A DNA stretch of 64,000 nt, taken from Eukaryota sp. GEM-RC1 (lineage: Eukaryota). Of the stretch, positions 23,973-35,405 are shown piece by piece. Under the pieces are notes generated by a model. It was not told the DNA's origin and made no database searches. It was given only the letters and a program-made list of their open reading frames with translations. Position numbers and translations under genes: made by a program. The first letter of the stretch is position 1; every line of letters begins with the position of its first letter. Location of the stretch: contig JAUFOQ010000005.1 of NCBI GenBank assembly GCA_040285855.1, positions 806,001 through 870,000 on the forward strand, in the 5' to 3' direction.

Positions 23973-24719
23973 TCATAACTCTACAGGAACCTCCCTCAAT
24001 AAAGAAATGGCACTTTCTGATACTTCACAACAATAACACAGCACCTGAACTCCCGCATCACGTGCCTTAACCACTGCAGCAGTAAAGTCTGGGTCAATCA
24101 CGGTATTTGTAGAGAAAGACTCAACATCATTTCTTTGTGGAACAAACACAACATAGGCATCATGACCACTCTTAACCACTTCAATGAGCTCTAACACATG
24201 TTTAGTACCTCTTTTAGTAGGAGCATCAGGGAACAGAGCCTTGCCATTGATGCAGAGAGTGACTGACTTGACTTCTACATATGTCTTTCTATTGGTTAGC
24301 TTGTCTGTAATTTCAATATCAAATCGACTATTTCCAAACACCACTTCTCTTTTGACGGTGATACTGTTCTTCTCAAATGAAGGAATGACTCCTTGTAGAA
24401 AGGCTTCGTACATGAGATGGTTGGGAATCAATGTATCAATGCTGATCAAGGTGTCGTTGAGATAGACTTTGACCAAATCAAAGAGGGTTTTTCTTGTTTT
24501 GGAAGGAGGGAAGCGTCTGAGGATGACGGTAGCTCCTTCTTGTAGCAACTCTGTCATTCTTCCGGTGCTTTTGACATGGGCTACAACTTGTTCAGATTCA
24601 TTTATGAAACATTCAGCAATGAATCTGTTTCTTCGTCTTAGAAAGGAGCCCAAGAGTAGTTCTCCTGGCGTGAATATCGTAATTGATGAGAGACGGGACG
24701 TTAAGGAAGGTTGTGTCAT
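23973..24719 (-). CDS. sfsA: SfsA-family PD-(D/E)XK DNA/RNA nuclease (sugar fermentation stimulation protein-like)
   Basis: FLRRRNRF, AHVKSTGRMTEL, SRFDI, YVEVKSVTL, ALFPDAPTKRGTKH, DPDF; first ATG at 24719. Confidence 0.93.
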   Translation of the reverse strand: MTQPSLTSRLSSITIFTPGELLLGSFLRRRNRFIAECFINESEQVVAHVKSTGRMTELLQEGATVILRRFPPSKTRKTLFDLVKVYLNDTLISIDTLIPNHLMYEAFLQGVIPSFEKNSITVKREVVFGNSRFDIEITDKLTNRKTYVEVKSVTLCINGKALFPDAPTKRGTKHVLELIEVVKSGHDAYVVFVPQRNDVESFSTNTVIDPDFTAAVVKARDAGVQVLCYCCEVSESAISLLREVPVEL

Positions 24720-25353
24720 GGTGGTATTAAGATATGGCGCAGTAGAAGTAGTAGAAGTACACAAAAGGAGGATATTAGTAACAAGACCGAACAATAGTAG
24801 ACAATGATCTTCTTCACAATGAACTTCCGATTGTAGAAGAATCCTCTCTCAACGTCTCAATCCCTACATGGATTTGTTGTGAAGCAAAAGCCTTGAAATC
24901 AGCATCGCTGAAGTTTGACTAATCTTCTCAAGTTCTACTTCTTTGTTGTCTCTAGCAACGTCCGAACACTTTCGCTTTGAGGGACTTTGCATTGGCCAAT
25001 TCTTGGATGTCCGTGTTATTTCTATTCGTGAGGTTCTTCTCTCTGGATTGATGTCCTTAGATTGTGCACATCACCTATGTTTTATAGTTGTATGTATCCA
25101 TTTGTAACGTTCACATACATGTACATCTATTTTGATCCATAAACAGCTTTTAGGAGATGATAAGGAATCTCATAATGTCTATCGCCAAATAATAGGTTAA
25201 TTTAGATTTAATACATTAACCATGTGTTCTTCTTTTGCAAAAAGTGTCAGATGTTACTACTTGTAGTTGTTACTGACAACAAATATAAAAAGAATTCTTG
25301 TCAATTCTCGTTTTAAAAAATTCAATTTCTTTAGCTTTCTCAAACCCTCTATA

Positions 25354-27486
25354 ATGACTTCATTCGAGTCCCCTCTTCTGATTCCGCCTGACGTACCGTC
25401 TTTCCGATCTGATTTCTCCTTTGCCTTCTCTCCTCATCGATACGCTTCTCTTTCCCCTCAGACGGGTGTTGATGTCTCTCCTACCATAAACTTTGGAGAG
25501 CTCGATCTCTTCGAACGCAAGACTTGTCCTCTCTTACTGGAGAACCATGACAACGAACCCCATCGCTTTGTTCTTAGCTCTATTTCTCCTCTCATACAAT
25601 GTCCTATCCGCATCAAAGTACCACCAAACACCACAACTTCCACCCCGATCTCTTTCTACGCTAACACTTCTGGTCCTACCTCACTTGAACTCAACATCCT
25701 TAGTTTTCTCCCTCCAAAAACTGTTAGAATTGTTGCATCCGTAAAAAGCTTGGAAGAAACCATGGGTGAACATTTGCCCAAGATCGTTATTCTACAGTCC
25801 GTCATAAGAGGATATCTCCAACGGAAGAAAGATTGTGAGTTGAAACAGGGTGTGATAGTGATAGAACGAACATTTTTAAAATATTTGAACCGCAAACGTT
25901 TTAAAACTCTTACTCGCAATACAATTAAAATCCAGTCACTCATCCGAGCCTATCTTGACCGGAATCGTTTCTCTAACACAATGAGCTCAATCCACTTTCT
26001 TCAGGCAACAATCAAATCAGCTTTCCTTAAGATACGCTTTTACCAATTGAAATGTTCTAGTGTCAAGCTTCAGGCAGTTCAAAGGGGCTTCTTGGTAAGA
26101 AGAAGAATTAAACCAGTGCTTGAATTTAGAAATCAACTGTCACCGTTGTGTCGAAAATTTGTAACTGATCAGAATTTTTCAAATATTATCCCCTTTACTG
26201 TTATATTACAATCAACTTGCAGAATGTTTTTAGAAAAGAGAAGATTTGAAAAACTTCAACAGGCCACTATCCAGATTCAATCATTTATTCGAATGTATCT
26301 AATCAAGAAAAAGATCAAAGCTCAGCGCTTGAGTGCAATCAAAATTCAATCATTTGTTCGAATGTGTCTAATCAAGAAAAAGATCAAATCTCAGCGCTTG
26401 AGTGCAATCAAAATTCAATCACAGATACGTTGTTATCAAGCACAGCGGCAGAAGTTCAAATTGTTGAATGCAATCACAACCATTCAAAAAACGGTCAGAA
26501 CTCGGTCCAAATATCGTCATCAAAAAGCTACAGTTATTCAGTCACTTGTTCGTGGTCATTTTGCACGTAGACAAGTTTCATCACAACTAAGCTCTTTGCT
26601 TCCCATCCAATTAACAATCAAATCCAAAATTAATCAACGACTATTTCAGAAGCAACGACATGCTGCAATTTTATTACAATCTTTATTTAGATCTCATAAT
26701 GAGAGAAGCTTATATCGCGACCAATTGAGCCTAATAATAGCCCTACAATCCACTATCAGAAGACAACAATTACTGAGAAAACGTTCCAGTATTCTCATTC
26801 AATCAGTTTTTAGAGGATCACGTGTAAGGAAAGAAGCTCAACAACGACTAAACTCAGTTGTCAAACTACAGGCTTCGGTAAGAGGTCATATTGTTCGTAA
26901 AAGTCTAAAGAATATTCAAAAGTCTGTGGAATTAATTGAATCTCAAGTTGACACGTATCTTACTCAAAAACGATATCTAAAGTTGAAACAATCTACAACT
27001 TTTCTCCAAGCCAATGTTCGTGGTTACCTGACTAGAACTTCTTTTAAGTCTTACAGAGCACGAATTGTCTCCTGTCAATCCGTGGTCAGATCACATTTGG
27101 CAAAGAAAAAGTATCAGTCACTGAGAAATTCTACAATATTACTGCAATCAACGTGTAGAAGATTTATCTGTGAGCAACATTTTAAATCAACTAAACAGTC
27201 AGTTATACGAATTCAAAGTTGTATTCGGGGATTTAAAAGTAGGTGTGATCTTAAACGCAACGTTTCTGCTGCTGTGGTGTTGCAGAGAGTTTCTAGAGGA
27301 CATCTAGATCGCAACAAATTTAAACATTTGAAAATTCAACAAGCCAAAAACATGAATAGACAAACTATTCGTTATCATTTGTTCATTTTGGTGATATACA
27401 TTGCGATGGTGATGTTGCTGGTGTCTAATTTTGATAAGATCCAGCCTTTTTGTACAAGTAGGAGTTTTAGGTCGTGGTTTTTGTAA
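25354..27486 (+). CDS. IQ-repeat protein with N-terminal Ig-like/ASH-like domain and C-terminal hydrophobic helix (ASPM-like architecture)
   Basis: INFGELD...LLLEN beta-sandwich-like start; many IQxxxRG-type repeats; LFILVIYIAMVMLLV near the C-terminus. Confidence 0.8.
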   Translation: MTSFESPLLIPPDVPSFRSDFSFAFSPHRYASLSPQTGVDVSPTINFGELDLFERKTCPLLLENHDNEPHRFVLSSISPLIQCPIRIKVPPNTTTSTPISFYANTSGPTSLELNILSFLPPKTVRIVASVKSLEETMGEHLPKIVILQSVIRGYLQRKKDCELKQGVIVIERTFLKYLNRKRFKTLTRNTIKIQSLIRAYLDRNRFSNTMSSIHFLQATIKSAFLKIRFYQLKCSSVKLQAVQRGFLVRRRIKPVLEFRNQLSPLCRKFVTDQNFSNIIPFTVILQSTCRMFLEKRRFEKLQQATIQIQSFIRMYLIKKKIKAQRLSAIKIQSFVRMCLIKKKIKSQRLSAIKIQSQIRCYQAQRQKFKLLNAITTIQKTVRTRSKYRHQKATVIQSLVRGHFARRQVSSQLSSLLPIQLTIKSKINQRLFQKQRHAAILLQSLFRSHNERSLYRDQLSLIIALQSTIRRQQLLRKRSSILIQSVFRGSRVRKEAQQRLNSVVKLQASVRGHIVRKSLKNIQKSVELIESQVDTYLTQKRYLKLKQSTTFLQANVRGYLTRTSFKSYRARIVSCQSVVRSHLAKKKYQSLRNSTILLQSTCRRFICEQHFKSTKQSVIRIQSCIRGFKSRCDLKRNVSAAVVLQRVSRGHLDRNKFKHLKIQQAKNMNRQTIRYHLFILVIYIAMVMLLVSNFDKIQPFCTSRSFRSWFL
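26275..26421 (+). repeat. 69-bp tandem duplication encoding one IQ unit (2 copies plus start of a third)
   Basis: attcaatcattt.ttcgaatgt.tctaatcaagaaaaagatcaaa.ctcagcgcttgagtgcaatcaaa starts at 26275 and 26344. Confidence 0.9.
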
Positions 27487-27782
27487 CTGGTGTGGAATTC
27501 AATGTTTTATTGAATATATATTATTATAATTTTTCAAATCAGGAACCAGGACAGATACTTACTAGAATGTCTCATAGGTCTATTATCTTGTGATTTCTAT
27601 AAATTCAATTTATTAACTTGTCACTGTTATCAATCAAAAATACGTGATCTGATTAAGAGTTGGGATTTTTAACAACTATCAAGGAGTGTGTTCTTAAAAC
27701 TCATCAATACACAATCTAGAGGTTTATACCACATTGAAAGTGAATAAGGACAATACATATACAAAACGTTGTGCTTCCACAG

Positions 27783-28478
27783 CTACACAGGCTGTTGTTT
27801 TAATACCAGTGTTGGCTTTCCATTCCGTTGCGTCACATTAGTGATTTCGTAACAGCACTGATCCACAGCGGAGGGAGCAATAAGCCATTCATCTTCACCT
27901 TTGTATCGAGAGATTGAGGATAGATGGATGGCTTTAGTGTCGGTGAACTTCAAGACAACATCTCCAAACTGAGAAGCAATGGATCGTTTCGAAGAGCAGG
28001 AGCGGAAATCTCGAAGAAAGGTAGTGAGAGGAAGTTTGTTTTCAAGATTTGGAAGAGAGCATCTCAGTCCAGCATAGATATCGTGCCCCGTGTAAGGAAT
28101 ACACTTTCTGAAAGCATCACTGATGGATGAGAGCAAAGGATTCCACTCATGAAACCGGCCTTTTCTTAGATCTGAGTTCATCAGCCGGTAGATAGGATCT
28201 TTTCCGTTAAGGTCTTGAGAATCTAAAGTATAAGCATGAAGAGCAATAAGATGAACATCGGATAAGTCCTTGAGATTTCTAGAATATCGAACTTTCTGTC
28301 TCATCTCTGGTAAACATCTCTGCTCAATATCATCGTACAGACCATCGTACTTGTTGTTGAGGAGTGATCGCAACTTCTTGTCATTGGCTTCGTGGTTAAA
28401 GGCAACTGGGCCCCGAATTTGATTCAGGAAGACTTGAAGAAACTCTTGGCTTTGAATGACTCTTGATAGTACCGACAT
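27783..28478 (-). CDS. ART-family (R-S-E clade) mono-ADP-ribosyltransferase domain protein
   Basis: ALHAYT, IYRLMNSDLR, IYAG (canonical YRG), FRSCS (FxSTS), ISRYKGEDEWL (ExE). Start could extend to 28559. Confidence 0.8.
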   Translation of the reverse strand: MSVLSRVIQSQEFLQVFLNQIRGPVAFNHEANDKKLRSLLNNKYDGLYDDIEQRCLPEMRQKVRYSRNLKDLSDVHLIALHAYTLDSQDLNGKDPIYRLMNSDLRKGRFHEWNPLLSSISDAFRKCIPYTGHDIYAGLRCSLPNLENKLPLTTFLRDFRSCSSKRSIASQFGDVVLKFTDTKAIHLSSISRYKGEDEWLIAPSAVDQCCYEITNVTQRNGKPTLVLKQQPV

Positions 28479-28976
28479 AATTAAGAATTTCAAAGGTGAA
28501 GAAAAGTTTGAATTTCCAATGAACTTTGGGGATTTGCAATCTAATGTCATTTTTGACATTGCAGTCGTCGTTTTGTTTTGTTGTGCTTCCTAATGATAAA
28601 CCGACACTTTGATATCTCCAGACACTTTAAAAATGCTAGAAGTTCTAGTTCTAGTACTCAATTCATTTGCCATAAGTCAAAGTATTTGATCTTGATACTG
28701 TCATCGACTGTTTTGTCAAACCTCAAAGCATCAATGGTTTCCAGATTCTACCTATAATTCTGTCTACTCACAATGTAGGTGTAATCAATGAAGGATTGTC
28801 TTACGGTATTTGTATATATTGACAAGCTTTGTTCATACAATGGCCCATAGAATTACGTTACGTCGTCAAAGAACTGAAATAAGGATGATGTGTGGAAAAC
28901 GATTTCATTCACTTCACACACATAACTTTTTTTTATTAGCACTTTTATTATATTAAAAATGTAATAGATCAAACAA

Positions 28977-29400
28977 CTAAAATTTGATATCATTAAAACA
29001 ACACCCGTCGCTATCGAACCTTACAACAGCTTTGTCCTCAAAAAACGAACTCACTGCTAATACAGCTTTGGAGATGATTAGGGGAATTGTTTTAAAAACG
29101 ATCCGATTCAACCATAACATATGATCAAAACGATTGTTCATCCTATTTTTAACGAATTTTCCGAAATCGTAATAAAAATTCAATACACCTTTTCCTCCGT
29201 CCATATATTGAAACAGCAAAAGGCCATAATTCATATTCAACATGTTTTACATGTTTTAAAGCCATCAATGGTTTCTTGTACTTATCCTGCTTGGCTTAAC
29301 ACACATAACAGGATATTTGTGATTATAGGTTTCCGTAAAAACCGATTACTCCACTGGAATGAGTGTTGAAGCACCAATGTTATTTTTCAAAATTGGATGC
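28977..29400 (-). mobile_element. CRE-like non-LTR retrotransposon 3' relic
   Basis: AKQDKY...WPFAVSIYG, then after a frameshift WLNRIVFKTIP; same motifs as the other CRE relics. Confidence 0.65.
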
Positions 29401-29780
29401 TGATCTGTTATTGACCAATCCTTTTGTAATAATCCAAACCTGCTTAATCAAACTACATAGAGACTCAACTCAAAACCAGTAAAAATAAACTGGAAAACTG
29501 AAGCATGTAGTCCATTAGAGCTTTAATACCATCTCTCTAATGTAGGGAGATGGTAATAAAGCGATGGGCGTTAACATAAGTGGGAGTGTACAGTACAATC
29601 TCCCTTCTAAGCAATCATTAGCCTTCACATAGCTTCGAACCTTGATTGTCTGGTAGTTTATGGTGTAGTTACAAGATATGAATAGGGTATGGGTAAAAAG
29701 ATGTCAGTTCAAAAGCAGAAAATACATTTCGTATTGTTTATATAAAAAATGTTGACTTTCGCTCAAAATATATAGCTCAA

Positions 29781-31155
29781 TTAGTCAATCAGCTGAACTA
29801 CAATATTTGGATAACTACTACGGAAGAAAGGGTAATAGTTACGATCACAACTACTGATAGTAGGAAGAGTTCCAGATAGATTAATTGAACAATTGTTGCC
29901 AATTGCTTTGATTGACAATGTACAATCAATCATGTTAGCAGTGAATTCAAGCACCTGGTGCGGATCCCATCTAGCCAGACTTCCACAGACACGACCACAG
30001 TTAGTAGAATTGTTTATGACCCCATGACAGTTGCCTCCGTGACAGTTGGTATCAGGGGAAAAAACACCCTCATCAATAACACCAACAACTAAACAACCAG
30101 GTTTACATCCACTATAAGTAACTTTCCAAGTGTAAACGTTACCTGGAAGTAAAGGCTTATCGCCAAGGATATTCCTTACAAAACTATCAGAACCATTGAC
30201 TGTCAATGTCTTTTGATCACTACTGACAACTAAGCGAGGATGTTTTCGGGAAGTTGAGAAGAGAATTGTAGAATTCTCTAGCTTAATAACTTGACTCTTC
30301 ACGTCATCAAGTTCTGATTGTAGATCAATGATTTTAGTCTCATAATCATTAACAATCACACCTTTTTCAGTTTCCAACTCTTGAATTCTATCAACAAGCG
30401 AATCAACATAGAATCTTTTCAGCTTTTTAAAATGAAAGGCAATTAAAATACTTTCAACTTCCTTAACATCATTCAGTGGAACAAAAAGAAATTCTTCCCA
30501 TTGATTGAAGGGAAAGAGCTTTTGGTGACGTCACCATCAGAATAGACCTCAACTCTTCAAAATCAAAGGACTGATTTTTGATTGAGTGTACCATTGATTT
30601 AATCAACCATGATTGTGATTGATTAGTTGTACAGTAACTAGCAAGTGTCTTAAAGGATTGGGTATTACAAACCATCACGTCATCAATCAACAGATCAGAA
30701 GTTTTTGAAAAGAAAGGACCAGCCACTTCCAGAGCTCTAAAATCATCACGTTGGTCAGCTTCTTTAATGAATTCCTTCAACCACGACCATTGTTGGAGAT
30801 GATCCTGTAGTTGAGCTTCTACTTGTTCGATAAGAGTTTCGACTTGGAAGTAGTGTGATAGATAGAAGAAGCAGTAAAGAGTGGTGTTTGTGAGAGTGAA
30901 TGACTGTCCGTAGAAAGACTTGATGAAGGAGAGAAAGACATCAGCGTCGACATTCAGGTTAGAGAAATCAAGGGGGTTTTCATTCTTGTCAGCAAACTCA
31001 AGGAACCAAAGAGATCGGAAGAAGGTGGAAGAAGAAGCGAGAACCGATTTGTTGACATCAATGGAGACGTCCTCTACAACAAGTGTTTGATTGGAAAGGA
31101 AGGATTCTTCAAGAATAGTATTAAGAGTAGAGGTTGGTGAAATGGAGATGGTCAT
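29781..31155 (-). CDS. BTB/POZ - coiled coil - SPRY/B30.2-like protein (one frameshift near 30510)
   Basis: VNKSVLASSSTFFRSL BTB motif; the alternative frame from ~30510 runs into ORF 29781-30377 (SPRY-like YTWKV...VVGVI...YYPF). Confidence 0.8.
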
Positions 31156-31253
31156 CAGAAATTAAGCATCAATCTCTTTTAAATCAAACTAAGGAAACGA
31201 CATTCTAGATTCCAGGATGAAGATTGTAGAATTTCTGTTTACCCTACATAAAT

Positions 31254-31363
31254 TAGAGCTGTCAAACAGCTCGGCTCAAGCCAAAAGCCGATCGACTTGA
31301 GCCAAATCTTATCCAAATTTGGCTTTACATAAAGCCCTATGGCTCAAGCCGTTGACAGCTCTA
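31254..31363. mobile_element. 110-bp hAT-type MITE
   Basis: 12-bp perfect TIR TAGAGCTGTCAA; 8-bp TSD ACATAAAT/ACATAAGT; internal ggctcaagcc repeats. Confidence 0.85.
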
Positions 31364-31518
31364 ACATAAGTGATATAATACTTTTGATGGTATTAATGTA
31401 CAAAGTAACATTTTATTCCATCAAAGTCAATACAACGCTCACTTTCTAAACCTGAAAGCAACAATTAAGACTTATTTTATAAGAACCTAAACCGATATTT
31501 ACAAACAAAAACACAAAA

Positions 31519-32439
31519 CTACCTACATCTACACTGCAAAGGTGCATTATAAGCACCCTCATTTCTCTGCCTAACAAACGGTAGCATCTTCCAACAGAAC
31601 ATGATCACAATCAAACAAAAGAACAAAGGTATACGTGCTGTCTCGTCATCAACAGTTAAAGCTGCAGGAATGCTGAACAAAACCTGCATTGTAATTGAAA
31701 CATATAGATTACCAGTAATATGATGGATAAACACCAGATAAACAGTTGAAATAAAGTACAATAGAAAAGCCAATACAATGAAAGACGGCGGATATATGGT
31801 AAATAGAAAGAACACATTCGCTGCGGTATACACCAAATGACCATACAACACTCCCAGGTAATATCCCTTCAAGCCACCATGTTTTTGAAGGGATCGGCTA
31901 ATGATCTGGACGTTGAAGAAGCCACGGTAGGTCCACCCGTCAAAGAAGGACTTGATCCAGAAAGCGAAGAAGATACCAAAAGCGCGGGAGAGGGGGGAGA
32001 TCCAGAAGGTGGGTCCTTGGGTCGGTAGAACTACTCCAATGAGGTTGATCAAGAAGTAGATGAGGCCGTACACGGCTAGGGCTTCGTAGAGACTGCGGAG
32101 GTCGCCAAGGGAGATGTCAGAGGGAGAGAACTTGAAATGTCGGTAGAGAGCGTATCCAGTGAGGAATTGAAGGAGGTAGGTGACAAACAAGGGGTTTAAG
32201 AAGTGATTGGTGTGTTCTTCGATTGTATCGAAGGTTCCAGATAATGTGAATAACAGTGATATGAAACTGACAGCAGCTAGGACAGAGAAGATGGTTATCA
32301 GGGTCTTGCGATCATGTTGTTTAGAATTGGTAAAGTCTACTCCAGAACTAAATCCCAAACGAGAGTTTGAAGTTCGACGAGTAGTATAAGGGTTGGGAAA
32401 CTCTTGAGCTTGGAGATCCGACAGCGTTACTATAGGCAT
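31519..32439 (-). CDS. Multi-pass membrane protein, CPBP/Abi (CAAX protease)-like with degenerate active site
   Basis: About 8 hydrophobic segments; FFDGWTYRGF aligns to EExxFRG; HITGNLYVSITMQ aligns to motif 4 without the His. Confidence 0.6.
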   Translation of the reverse strand: MPIVTLSDLQAQEFPNPYTTRRTSNSRLGFSSGVDFTNSKQHDRKTLITIFSVLAAVSFISLLFTLSGTFDTIEEHTNHFLNPLFVTYLLQFLTGYALYRHFKFSPSDISLGDLRSLYEALAVYGLIYFLINLIGVVLPTQGPTFWISPLSRAFGIFFAFWIKSFFDGWTYRGFFNVQIISRSLQKHGGLKGYYLGVLYGHLVYTAANVFFLFTIYPPSFIVLAFLLYFISTVYLVFIHHITGNLYVSITMQVLFSIPAALTVDDETARIPLFFCLIVIMFCWKMLPFVRQRNEGAYNAPLQCRCR

Positions 32440-32859
32440 TGCGATGAAGTGATAATAGAGTTCGCAGAATTCACTTCTGTCTACTGTAGTTCTACATGTA
32501 GTTCTACAATCTTTCAAGCCACTATGACTTTCATTACGGTTTGAACATCTACTTTACGAGTCTTAATGGAGCTGATTCTTGTAGAAACTTCTTTTGTGTT
32601 CCCGGTGTTGCTTGTTTGTTTTGATTTCTGGTTTTCTGGATGGTGGGAGAAAGTCTTTTCATTCATAGATTTATGTAGATGTTTCTTCAGCATTGGTTGC
32701 TACAGTATTTTTACTGTCAAGATTAAACATTAAACATGCCTCAAGTTTGGAATGGTTAGTAAGGTGGACAATAATGCTACTGAAAGCCAAACTTAAGCTG
32801 AAACTGTTGTTTATTTCAAAAGTCTTTTTTTCAACAGTGGGGATAGCTCATAATATTCA

Positions 32860-33130
32860 ACCACAAGTCTACTTAGTATTTATTGATGAATTATGTTTCT
32901 TCTTTTACCAACTTTCAATGACAGTCTAGGGAGAAACAGTAAGAGACTGGCAAAAGTTTGAAAGGGAATCATGTCATTTGTTTTGTGTTGTTGTAATTGA
33001 CAAGGATGGTCATGTCTATAGTCATGTTAAGAAGATCTGTTTAAACAGGAGTGATTTTGTTCAGTACTTGATAGATTTTTTTACAGAGATATTGAATTCT
33101 AAAGATGTAAGTAATTCAGTATCATTTCTT
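32860..33130 (+). pseudogene. Tc1/IS630-like DDE transposase relic
   Basis: LVFIDELCF followed by VIDKDGHVYSHV...LNRSDFVQYL. Confidence 0.45.
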
Positions 33131-34455
33131 ATTACAGTCTACCCTGGTGATGCTAGTAAAGATAGAGCAGGGGTAGAGCGGCCTCGGAGGGACGAGGAGT
33201 TTTTCGTTTTACTGAACCTGTAGTAATAGTTGTTGGATAACATACGGGTAGTAGTGACTTGGGTTAGCATAAAAGCCCATACGTATTGATGCTAGTAAAG
33301 CTAACAAAGGTTTTTGTTGCTAGAAAAAGCAAAGAAGACTAGAATTCTACTTTACATTAAACTGGATTTAATCCTCATAGTTTGTACAGTAGTGGTTGTG
33401 GCACTTACAAGCTTATTACATATTCGGGGTCCCAGACGATGTCACTGGCATAATATAGAGTGATTGTGTTAGATGTTAGAGTGTGAGATCTAAGAGTGAA
33501 GTTAATTCCAACAGTATTACTCTGGCTGACTGGGAAAGGTTCAAGAGACTGGGAGGAAACGGTTGACTTGGACTGTCTTGAGAAAAGTTCAAACGTCGTG
33601 TTGTTGTTGTGAAGAACAACAAAAGGCTGTGAGGTACTTATATCTGAGTGTCAAGTTGGCTTTACAATTTCATTTCAAATGATTCCTACTACTAGACCAT
33701 TCAGAACAGTAGTCATCAAGATCTTTTCCAATAGTTTTAGTTGTGGTAGAATGGTTTGAACTCTCACTGATCCAATTTGGTTGGCCACACTTTGAACATG
33801 TTCTTCTCTCAGAAGAAAGTTTGTGAATAGACAAGTATTCTCTACTTCGGTTACCTTTAATAGTTTCTTGAAAGGATAGTGGCGGTGTCCAGATTCTTTT
33901 TTCATAGATGTAATCTGTAGAGACTTGGTCCTTTTTCAGTGTGTTGAGAGTTCCGGAGAGGGAATTACTGGTTGAGAAGATGGGTTGTTTTCGGGATCAG
34001 AAAGGGTATCTTCAAAGGGGGGAGCATGTTAGGACTCGTCGCAATTAAGTAACGATAACGCTTCAGATAACTTAAATTTCTTATAAAAAAGAAACAACAG
34101 GAAATTACACCTGTCAAAATTCATAATGTCAACACACCGCATATATCGGTAAAGTCCATCTAAAGATCTCTGGTACGCAGAAAAAATTGTGGTGCGTAAC
34201 TGAATTTATGGTAGGTATTACATTGTGGTACGCAATCACCAAGAAATCAATTTGTGGCCCGTTTAATCAGTGTTGTATTAATTTTGTATTTGTACTACTG
34301 TGATAAAGATTTCTGTACCTTCCTCCACTCTTATGAAACTCGATTTAACAAAGCTATGATAACAACATTTTGGAGACACTTTAGATATAAGATCTGATTT
34401 ACAGTTAATTAACGTTTCATTGATGTTAATCAGAAATCAAAGTGTGATCACACTA

Positions 34456-35405
34456 CAGTCTACCCTCCCAATATGACCAGGTGTCGGACTAGTCTTATTG
34501 GGAGGGTGGACTTATTCGGAGGGTTTGGTTTTTATAGAATGAACAGCGATCGTCGATCGTTTATAACAAATAAAACAACAAGCTAAGACAACCGTGCGTC
34601 TATTGAGGGAGAATTGGAGCTGGATCTATCACCAGATGGGAGAACAGATGTTTGGGGAAAAACAAGGAGACATTGTGACAATTTTGATGAATATGAAGTG
34701 CTACAGAGAGTTTGACCACTGCTTTCAGCTTTTATCAACAGATAACAACTATAGAGAGAAAGTGTAAAGGCTAAGATCACCAAAGCAATGATCTTGTACA
34801 GGATTTCAGATCGCGATAAAAGGAAAGCAATAGCTTACAAAGCGCATATCTAGGGAGATGATGAAGTTCTGTGACTCACAACAAGCGGATATGCGATATT
34901 TGAAAAGATGTCCACCAACATTCAAATAGGAGAGAACTGTGAACGTACGAGTGCACAATAGAATTTCTGGTGATTGTGATGAAGGAAGAAGGCTGAAAAG
35001 GCGTTACTGAGGGGGAAGTGACTGTTTTTGAGAGAGCTTCTCTCTCAACACAATTTTCCTCCACAGACAAGACCAAAACATTGTTTGACAAGATCTAGAG
35101 TGGTTCGAGGGGGAGGAGATTATAAGGAATAAGATCTGACCAGAACACATGAGATGGTCTTAACCAAGTGATAATTAACAACACGTGAGCCATCAAAGAT
35201 GTTGTAGCAATAGGATATAGATATGTGAAGTCAAAAATGAGAGTTTTGTTATGAAAACCATCAAAAACATGATCGAAAGAGATCACGAGAATGTTGACAT
35301 CGAAGATACGAAAAAGGAAACATGTTTATTTGGAGTAAGGGAATCGGATAAGAGAAGACAAAAAGTCGGACAGTGAAAATTTGGTCATAATGGGAGGGTG
35401 GACTG
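34456..35405. mobile_element. Non-autonomous Tc1/mariner(pogo)-type element, 950 bp
   Basis: 24-bp TIRs CAGTC(T/C)ACCCTCCCA(A/T)TATGACCA (22/24 match), flanked by TA on both sides. Confidence 0.85.
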
